From positions 62,001-126,000 of the IMG/VR virus record IMGVR_UViG_3300027710_000011: a DNA stretch of 64,000 bases. One strand, written 5' to 3'. Positions 48,270 through 54,979 of the stretch are shown here, piece after piece. Every line of letters starts with the position of its first letter. Within the stretch, counting starts at the first letter, position 1. Both the position numbers and the translations under genes were made by a program. The notes under the pieces are model-generated. The model ran no database searches. It was not told the origin of the DNA and saw only the letters and a program-made list of their open reading frames with translations.

Positions 48270-48552
48270 TCACTGGATGTTTGTAACGATTATCCAGCTT
48301 CTGTACGGCCGCAATGACTTCAGCGTTCGTGTAGTTGTTTGGATGATTCGCTATTTCAATTGCTTTGTCATACGCAGGGTCGTTATCGATGTTTGCGTAT
48401 TTACAAAGCAACTGTCGTTCACACAACCGGGTTTCCACGACTTGTTGGAACTTTTCCAAACCAAAAGCCATCACGCCGAAGCCGATTACGAAAACAAGAA
48501 TTACGCCTACAACTGAGCACGCGATTTTCAGACGCTTTATGAATTGCTTCAT
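48256..48552 (-). CDS. Single-pass membrane protein
   Basis: N-terminal TM IACSVVGVILVFVIGFGVMAFG. Confidence 0.7.
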   Translation of the reverse strand: MKQFIKRLKIACSVVGVILVFVIGFGVMAFGLEKFQQVVETRLCERQLLCKYANIDNDPAYDKAIEIANHPNNYTNAEVIAAVQKLDNRYKHPVIEGK

Positions 48553-48561
48553 TGTTGTCCC

Positions 48562-48927
48562 TTATGTTTTTTGTATTTTGGTTGGCAGCACTTCACACAC
48601 AAGCTTTCGAAATAACTCTTCTTGTTCAGCAAGAATCCGTGCATCGAAGTTTTCCTTCAAACCGATCACCAAAACACCAAATTCATCCACGTAAAAGTCA
48701 AGCCCTTCCTTCACAATCTGTTCATGGATCAGAGTGAAGTTAAGCATGCTTTTACTTGCCCAAAAACGCACGGTACCAGCAAGTACTTTGCCTTCTTCCT
48801 TCATGGCTTTGACTGCGTCAGGCCATGAATTTTGTTTAGCAGCAAAAGCCCAACTTGCACACGGATGAATGATGGGTGGTGTTGGCAAAATGAAGTCTTC
48901 GTGAAAGCGATTAGTGCCGTTAAACAT
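48562..48927 (-). CDS. Hypothetical protein
   Basis: ORF in array. Confidence 0.65.
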   Translation of the reverse strand: MFNGTNRFHEDFILPTPPIIHPCASWAFAAKQNSWPDAVKAMKEEGKVLAGTVRFWASKSMLNFTLIHEQIVKEGLDFYVDEFGVLVIGLKENFDARILAEQEELFRKLVCEVLPTKIQKT

Positions 48928-49178
48928 TATCGCTTCCTTTCTTCATGCGGTTGCTCATGTTCTTGTCCTTCATCAGTTCGGTATAGAGTTTCAAAGAGAA
49001 ACCCAACACGATCAAATTACCGACGACAAGCAAGACGTTGACGATGGTAAGTCCGATGTTTAGAGTGGTTATTTCCACATCGCCTCCTACAGTTAGTTTA
49101 CTTATACACCAGGTCAGTGATATGTAATCAAAAAAGAATAGACTGCATAAAGAGAGGAGCATTGGCTCCTCTCTTTAT

Positions 49179-49490
49179 TTAGAATTTAATTTGCTTCCAC
49201 TTAAAGAATTTTGCCTTCCAACCAGAATCTGTAAGAATATAACAGACGTCCGGTACTTTATTGGTGAATGTTTGAATCTTACGAACTTTCACGTCGATAG
49301 ATTCAAACAGTTTAATACAGCCATTCATATCACAGCAATTGTGCGATGGCATGTACAGCATACCTTCCTGTTCAAGAAAGTTATATTCGATACTTTCAAC
49401 CTGACACATAAGACCAGGGTGATTAAAGCCCCGAAGAGCTTCAGTTTTTTCTTCATTTTCATCAGGGATCCAGTCGTCTTCATTATTCAT
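49179..49490 (-). CDS. Hypothetical phage protein
   Basis: AT-rich ORF; LYM...NCCDMNGCI.LF motif. Confidence 0.65.
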   Translation of the reverse strand: MNNEDDWIPDENEEKTEALRGFNHPGLMCQVESIEYNFLEQEGMLYMPSHNCCDMNGCIKLFESIDVKVRKIQTFTNKVPDVCYILTDSGWKAKFFKWKQIKF

Positions 49491-49549
49491 GATATTTCCA
49501 ATGTTGATAAAACGTTACGGCATAGGGGGAGGCTAAAAGCCTCCCCCTT

Positions 49550-49999
49550 TTATTTCAAGTACTTTGGATCCAACATGGTCCCACGGCACTTAGGACTTTC
49601 ACACAAACACTTGAACTTACTCAGCTCAGTATCTGTGGTGCGCATTCTGTAATCAATGCAAAGCTCTTCACCTTGCTCGATTTTTCTCTTTGCATAAAAA
49701 CGAATCTGCAGACGATCATTCTCGTCTCGCTCTTCTCGCGCAGCTACATTAGGACTGCACGAGTGATTCATCTTGCGCATCGAGTTGAGCCGGTTGTCGC
49801 CATCGATAGTGGAACCATCAGACAGCTGAAAGCAATAGAACCTAACCCCATCATCTTTGATGAGATGCTCTGTGCCTTCTTTGTACCTCTTTCCAAAGTA
49901 CTGACCAACCAAGACATGACGAGCGATTGGGACGGTTGTGTACAAACCATCAAACCCGTGTTTTGTCTGGCGTACTTCCACTCCCTTAATTGCTCTCAT
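49550..49999 (-). CDS. SET-domain lysine methyltransferase with post-SET Zn site
   Basis: HGFDGLY, RKMNHSCSPN, GEELCIDY, CLCESPKCRG. Confidence 0.9.
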   Translation of the reverse strand: MRAIKGVEVRQTKHGFDGLYTTVPIARHVLVGQYFGKRYKEGTEHLIKDDGVRFYCFQLSDGSTIDGDNRLNSMRKMNHSCSPNVAAREERDENDRLQIRFYAKRKIEQGEELCIDYRMRTTDTELSKFKCLCESPKCRGTMLDPKYLK

Positions 50000-50030
50000 G
50001 ATTCTTATTGGTTTTGAAACTACAAAAGAA

Positions 50031-50130
50031 TGCTGTCTGAAGCTGCTTCACCTGTCAGGCCCAAGAGCGTAAGTGTACGCGTGCCAGAGAAGACGTTGCC
50101 GCCCCCGTTAATGCATATCTTCAGACAGCA
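50031..50130 (-). ncRNA. Putative ~100-nt structured RNA directly 3' of tRNA-Thr
   Basis: Perfect 12-bp terminal helix; internal GGGGGCG-GCAA-CGUCUUC and GCGUA-cacu-UACGC hairpins. Confidence 0.5.
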
Positions 50131-50132
50131 AC

Positions 50133-50207
50133 TGGTGCCGGATATCTGGATCGAACAGATGACCTACCGCTTACAAGGCGGTTGCTCTACCACTGAGCTA
50201 AGCCGGC
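50133..50207 (-). tRNA. tRNA-Thr(UGU)
   Basis: Full cloverleaf GCCGGCTTAGCTCAGTGGTAGAGC...CTTGTAA...TTCGATC...GGCACCA with encoded CCA. Confidence 0.95.
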
Positions 50208-50208
50208 T

Positions 50209-50493
50209 TTATTTTAACACCAAACAATCTTGTCGCATGCGAAACAAAGCACTGTCTTCCCAACACTCTTCGTTGGGGTAGTACAACTTCTCAGCGGCCG
50301 CGGCTTCGGTCGGGAAATTCTCGCCGATCGGGCAAAGCACAATGAACTGGCCAGGCTTTGCGAATTTCGCTGCGTCAGCCTCATCCCAATGCAAAGACTC
50401 GGCCATCCAATTCTTCTCGTCCACCACCGTGCCAACAGCCCAAATTCGCTTCGGCAAAGGCGCGCCTAACTGGTCTTGAGGTGTTTGTTCCAT
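50209..50493 (-). CDS. Hypothetical protein
   Basis: 94-aa ORF ending 1 nt before the tRNA. Confidence 0.6.
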   Translation of the reverse strand: MEQTPQDQLGAPLPKRIWAVGTVVDEKNWMAESLHWDEADAAKFAKPGQFIVLCPIGENFPTEAAAAEKLYYPNEECWEDSALFRMRQDCLVLK

Positions 50494-50638
50494 GATGTTC
50501 CTAAGACTTTAACGTGCTCGCCAACAACGCGGATACGGATACCAAGGTATCTGAACAGGTTTTGATTCAGGTTTCGATTCTTCCTTCGTCTTAGGACGAT
50601 AGGGAGGAATCGCGTACTTGACAACAGGCGCTACCACG

Positions 50639-50917
50639 TTAGCACCAAACAATCTTACCGCCTTGTACCCAGTAATGGGACTTGCACGGGAGTTGCTGGT
50701 TTCCGATGGATGGATGCAAGGTAGGTCCCTCAGGACTTTCCATGTACGTCCAACCACGTTCTTTATCGATGGGAGTCACCGTTTCAATACCGCACCCACA
50801 GGCACAGCGATGAATGGCGAGTTCGTACTTCTTGGAAACGTAGAGCTTACCGTCCTGCATCTTCGTGCGTTCCGGCATTGTCACTACTTCTTCAACTGTC
50901 AGCTTTTCAATTGTCAT
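50639..50917 (-). CDS. DUF6527-family metal-binding protein
   Basis: HRCACGCG, PTLHPSIG, CKSHYWV. Confidence 0.75.
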   Translation of the reverse strand: MTIEKLTVEEVVTMPERTKMQDGKLYVSKKYELAIHRCACGCGIETVTPIDKERGWTYMESPEGPTLHPSIGNQQLPCKSHYWVQGGKIVWC

Positions 50918-50925
50918 TGAAACCT

Positions 50926-51067
50926 CCATTCACCAGGACCCGAACAATACTCGTGTGCCCTTAGTCTGACTTATCATGCTGTCAAGCGCAGTGTATTTCA
51001 CCTGCCAGGTTATCCTCACCCGTCTATGAACCTTATCTAGAAAGATTCGCCAGGCCCTGGTGAATGG
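50926..51067 (-). ncRNA. Putative ~140-nt multibranch RNA or cis-regulatory leader
   Basis: 15-bp closing helix with one G-U on minus enclosing four hairpins; 3' arm abuts the GGAGG RBS. Confidence 0.5.
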
Positions 51068-51279
51068 AACTTCATCTCTATATGGCTGCACCTCTAGGTC
51101 GCATCATGGTCTCTGGAGACAGCACTGTGTGCCGAAACGACAACCAAGCGTTACTTCCACAATTAACAAGCATCACCAAATTAACTGGGTTTCTATTCTT
51201 TCGACCTTGCGGGATCGATGGTCCCGCTACCAGATGCACCCATATAAAGACGGTGATTTAAGTTAACCGTCTTCCGCTC

Positions 51280-51507
51280 TTATCTTCCGATGGTTTTAAG
51301 ACGCAGTATCAGAGCTGCTTGTGCGTCCATGCTGGATTCAAGTTCAGAAATAGCGAGTTCCAAATCACTCGGTGGATGTGGCGAGTGAAGTGTTTTCTGA
51401 GCAAGTTCAGAGATTTGTCTCAGCTTAACTATGTTGGCAGAGACAACAGTGTGCTGATCTTGAAGCACCTGTATCTTCTCTTTGAGATCAGGATCGTTAC
51501 TATCCAT
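51280..51507 (-). CDS. Small coiled-coil protein
   Basis: 75-aa ORF with RBS. Confidence 0.6.
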   Translation of the reverse strand: MDSNDPDLKEKIQVLQDQHTVVSANIVKLRQISELAQKTLHSPHPPSDLELAISELESSMDAQAALILRLKTIGR

Positions 51508-51535
51508 TATCTATCTCCAATCAAAAAGAATAGAC

Positions 51536-52258
51536 TCAGTAGTTTCCACCACTTAAGAATTTGGAGATTGTCCAATGAGAAACGCCTAGACGTCTGCCTA
51601 TTTCGCGCAAGCTTAGCTCAGTCATGTTCTCGTAGATGTAAGCCTGCATCTCCGGAGTTAACACGCTTTGACTATTTTCTTCACCTATCCTTTTTGGAAT
51701 AAGTCCGCTGCTCGATGCGTGTTGCATATTCTCAAGACCAGTTGACCATTCAAGATTCCTAATAGATGGGTTTTCTTTATTGCCATCCACATGATTGACT
51801 TGTGGTTTATCTTCCGGGTTAGGTATGAAAGCCTTTGCTACACATAAATGTAGTTTCATCGCGTAATTTTTACCCTGACGCCCACCTATTTTTGTTACAT
51901 GCCCAGGATAGCCGTTAAGGGAATTTTCTTTAACGACTTTCATACTACGTTTAGATATCAGATGGCCTTCGCTGCTTATCATGAAATATTCAGACGTAGG
52001 ACCAGGAACATCTTTAACCTGTATTTCTAACCTAGGATGTGGGATGCCGCTTTTCAAAACCACAGGTCCAGCAGGCGTCATGAGGCCAGTTTCACCAGGC
52101 TGTAAGGATCTACCAATGCTTGTTTCAACTTGATATTGGCGAAACGATTTTAATACCTTTGTAACGTCACCATTTTCAAATGTTGTTGTAATTAATGCAT
52201 AGCTGAATCCGTCGTCATTAACTTCTTCAACAACTACAGATTTGACATTGTGTTCCAT
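51536..52258 (-). CDS. HNH homing endonuclease (NUMOD4-HNH-HTH)
   Basis: YFMISSEG, HLCVAKAFIPNPE..PQVNHVDGNKENP...NLEW, C-terminal LREIGRRLGVS; AT-rich. Confidence 0.9.
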   Translation of the reverse strand: MEHNVKSVVVEEVNDDGFSYALITTTFENGDVTKVLKSFRQYQVETSIGRSLQPGETGLMTPAGPVVLKSGIPHPRLEIQVKDVPGPTSEYFMISSEGHLISKRSMKVVKENSLNGYPGHVTKIGGRQGKNYAMKLHLCVAKAFIPNPEDKPQVNHVDGNKENPSIRNLEWSTGLENMQHASSSGLIPKRIGEENSQSVLTPEMQAYIYENMTELSLREIGRRLGVSHWTISKFLSGGNY

Positions 52259-52315
52259 AACACCTCCAAAAATAACGGCATAAAGAGAGGTTTTACCCTC
52301 TCTTTATGCACTCAA

Positions 52316-52393
52316 GGCTCCGCATTAGAGAATCGAACTCTACTAACCAGTGATTAACAGTCACGCCCATGCACCTTGCTCGGGTTTTGCGGA
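52316..52393 (-). tRNA. tRNA-Asn(GUU), atypical
   Basis: Anticodon loop CTGTTAA, T arm TAGAG-TTCGATT-CTCTA, acceptor TCCGCA/TGCGGA, G73; ends CC without A. Confidence 0.75.
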
Positions 52394-52411
52394 ATCGTTC
52401 TTTACCCAATA

Positions 52412-52436
52412 GCTCTACCAACTGAGCTATCAGGGA
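52412..52436 (-). pseudogene. tRNA 5' fragment (acceptor strand plus D arm only)
   Basis: TCCCTGA-TA-GCTC-AGTTGGTA-GAGC, followed by no anticodon or T arm. Confidence 0.65.
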
Positions 52437-52447
52437 ATTGTTCTGTG

Positions 52448-52554
52448 TGGCGCTACTTGGAATCGAACCAAGCACCTGCCTTTCTGTCGTAGCTAACGCA
52501 GCAGCGTAATCGCAGGGACAGATCGGTTGCTCTAGCCATCTGAGCTATAGCGCC
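52448..52554 (-). ncRNA. tRNA-like RNA with expanded anticodon domain
   Basis: Perfect acceptor, D and T arms; 33 extra nt in the anticodon region. Confidence 0.75.
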
Positions 52555-52566
52555 TAAACTGGGGAC

Positions 52567-52640
52567 ATAATGGAGCAAGAACCTGTGGAGTCAACGACTT
52601 TTCAGCTATTGACTTGATCCACGGGTCCTCGCTACATTAT
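52567..52640 (-). ncRNA. 74-nt long irregular hairpin RNA
   Basis: Continuous pairing with G-U on minus, 4-nt bulge, GAAA tetraloop. Confidence 0.5.
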
Positions 52641-52661
52641 TAGTGCTTAGCTAGTAAATTT

Positions 52662-53090
52662 CTACTGACCACCACTTTGTTTTCCATCACCATAAACCTC
52701 TTCGAACAGCACGATGATGTACGCTGCGCCCTTAACGCCTATTTGAAATATTGCCCAGCCCAAGAAAAACAACGGGATGAGCATGTTCAGAACAGGAATG
52801 AATCCCCACGTCATGACGACCTTACGAGCTAGTAAGATTTGCGGCGTCACGCTGGTGTGAGGATACGTCCGGATGTGAATATACATCATAATCATGACCA
52901 TCGCAAGGACGGCCACGTAGACCAGGTAAGCTCCTTCGAGCAAAACACTTGGTCCCAGACGCGTATAGATGACCACGCAGAGATTGACGAAGCTTCGTCC
53001 AACCACGAACGTCCACCAAGTAGCTATTGCCATCAAGCCATAGACCAGTAGCGCCTTCCAGAACTTGTTAAACGCTTCTTTTGGTTTCAT
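52662..53090 (-). CDS. Membrane protein (3 TM)
   Basis: Hydrophobic segments; IPVLNMLIP motif. Confidence 0.75.
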   Translation of the reverse strand: MKPKEAFNKFWKALLVYGLMAIATWWTFVVGRSFVNLCVVIYTRLGPSVLLEGAYLVYVAVLAMVMIMMYIHIRTYPHTSVTPQILLARKVVMTWGFIPVLNMLIPLFFLGWAIFQIGVKGAAYIIVLFEEVYGDGKQSGGQ

Positions 53091-53102
53091 ACAGATCCTT
53101 TC

Positions 53103-53723
53103 TTAGAATTTGTCAAGCTTGGCGATTGCGTACGTCCATTTCTTGTCCCGCAAATCTTCATCACCATGGCACGCCATTGCCTTGTAAGTGGTGAACATAT
53201 GGGAAGCAATGCCTTCCATATCGCGATTAGGCCATTGCGAAGGAATCATCATCGCTGTTTTCATGGTCTCGTCGCCGCAATTAATGACAAGAACATGAGT
53301 GACAACGTCAGAGATGGGATCGAGCTTGAGTTTATTGCGGATCACGCTAGCGTGCTCGAAACTGTAGCTGTACCAGTCTTCTTTCAGCGCATTGAGATAG
53401 CGTTCGGACAACGTCTTCACCGTGAGATCATGATTCATCCAGTGGGCATCGGATTGAATCATGAGCCGTAAGTGCTCGATCTGACGTGTCTTGTTCCAGT
53501 AGCGACGTTTTTCCCAATGCTTAAAGCGCTCACCCAATCCACCGTTGGTCCAAGCGTAGTTGATTTCAAACCACGTGCTGTCCACACCAAAGTAGATCAG
53601 AGCCAGTGCCAGCATTCCTGCTACCGGGTTCTTATCGGTTACCGCAAAGTACACACAGATTGCAGCCACCGCCAGCATGATGATGCCTGCAATCCCGATA
53701 CCAGAGAAGATTCTTTTCTTCAC
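53103..53723 (-). CDS. Membrane-anchored hypothetical protein
   Basis: Two N-terminal TMs then a soluble domain. Confidence 0.7.
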   Translation of the reverse strand: MKKRIFSGIGIAGIIMLAVAAICVYFAVTDKNPVAGMLALALIYFGVDSTWFEINYAWTNGGLGERFKHWEKRRYWNKTRQIEHLRLMIQSDAHWMNHDLTVKTLSERYLNALKEDWYSYSFEHASVIRNKLKLDPISDVVTHVLVINCGDETMKTAMMIPSQWPNRDMEGIASHMFTTYKAMACHGDEDLRDKKWTYAIAKLDKF

Positions 53724-53725
53724 GA

Positions 53726-54535
53726 TCAGTCCTTCATGTCGACGATGTCAAAAGTAATGATGTTCAGGCTACCAGGCTGAGGCTGGAGCTTGCCGTCAAC
53801 GCTTTCCAATTGCAGCATTGCTCGCATGCGGAACTCAGGTTTCTTACCTGCTTTTATCTGACCAACCAAGGCGCCGCCAAAAGCGCCGGTCGGTACGACT
53901 TTCCCGCGAACCACACCTTCGTTGTCAATCCACACCTGACTGATCTCGTGACTAACGTATTGCTCGTCAATCCGAGTGAGGCGGTTGGTGATGACGTTTT
54001 CCAGCGCCGAGGCTTTATCCTCGGGTTTGCCGAACTCGCCTTTCAGCGCTCCGGCGTTAATTCGAGGCTGGACGGAGAACAAGGCCTTTGCAACTTCTAT
54101 GCGAGGATAGTAGCGATTGGAATTTTCGTACCAGTAGTCTGCACGGTGCAGTTCCACATTGTTCAAATGCTGAGCGAGAAATGTCGCGTCCTTAATCTCG
54201 CGTTTGAGCTCGCCATCCACAAGCCGAAGTTCTTCGTACGTGTACACACCCGAATCTCGCGGATCAGGCGATCTGTAAATACGAACCATCGGCTCACTGT
54301 TATCCGCCACGATGTCGTCAAGAACGATGCGTGACAGAGCCGTATCGCCTTCTCCCGTGACAACTGCTTTAGGAAACTCATCAAACACCCGTTTGAGAGC
54401 CTTAGAAACCGTATCGTAACCGACGAACAACGGATGGACGTTTCCGTTGATCAACACACGGACAGTGTTTGCTTCGGTAACGTACAGGCTCAAACGGACG
54501 TCAAGGTAGCCGTCGCTATTTGCTTCGATCTTCAT
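53726..54535 (-). CDS. Prohead-protease (gp175/gp21-type) homologue, catalytic residues substituted
   Basis: GALKGEFGKP, RLTRIDE..VSHEI, G.V.PTG.FG..L, FRMRA, ITFD. Confidence 0.55.
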   Translation of the reverse strand: MKIEANSDGYLDVRLSLYVTEANTVRVLINGNVHPLFVGYDTVSKALKRVFDEFPKAVVTGEGDTALSRIVLDDIVADNSEPMVRIYRSPDPRDSGVYTYEELRLVDGELKREIKDATFLAQHLNNVELHRADYWYENSNRYYPRIEVAKALFSVQPRINAGALKGEFGKPEDKASALENVITNRLTRIDEQYVSHEISQVWIDNEGVVRGKVVPTGAFGGALVGQIKAGKKPEFRMRAMLQLESVDGKLQPQPGSLNIITFDIVDMKD

Positions 54536-54613
54536 TATGTTTCTCCTGTTTATACAAAAAAGAAAAGGAGGCCGAAGCCTCCTCTTATTCCGTCAGTTCT
54601 TTCATTGCTCGCC

Positions 54614-54976
54614 TCAGGTTGCCAAAAGCGAAGGAAGGTTTAGCTCGATGGGACGACGCATCGCTGCGCGAGCAGATGCCCACAGCAGACAAACGATGAC
54701 CACATCATCGCTTTGGAACTGCTCTTTGGCTGCGATAAGAATGTCCATCACCGCGACAGCGGCTTCGTAGTTCTTACCTAGACCTCGAGCGTATTCTCGT
54801 GTTTTCACCATCTGGTCCGGAGGTGCCTGCAAAGCAGACATCAGCAGGAACACTACTTCGCTCTTCATGGCAATCGACGACATGTACAGCTGCTTGTTAG
54901 CGCTGCTCACCGACATTTCTTTTCCATTGACGGTAAAGATACGACGGTCGTCGTCTGTGAAACGTTCTTCTGCCAC
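54614..54976 (-). CDS. Hypothetical protein
   Basis: ORF 3 nt after the TAXI stop. Confidence 0.7.
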   Translation of the reverse strand: MAEERFTDDDRRIFTVNGKEMSVSSANKQLYMSSIAMKSEVVFLLMSALQAPPDQMVKTREYARGLGKNYEAAVAVMDILIAAKEQFQSDDVVIVCLLWASARAAMRRPIELNLPSLLAT

Positions 54977-54979
54977 GAC

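Noticed and set aside
50031-50130. Theta/HDV-like ribozyme after tRNA-Thr, or SRP RNA
   Set aside because: The 5' strand pairs only with the extreme 3' end, so there is no nested double pseudoknot. CAGG and AGCAG are separated by 3 nt with no GNRA stem, so SRP helix 8 cannot form.
52448-52554. Intron-containing tRNA or tRNA-Sec
   Set aside because: No excision restores a paired anticodon stem. The extra sequence is in the anticodon arm, not the variable arm, and there is no UCA anticodon.
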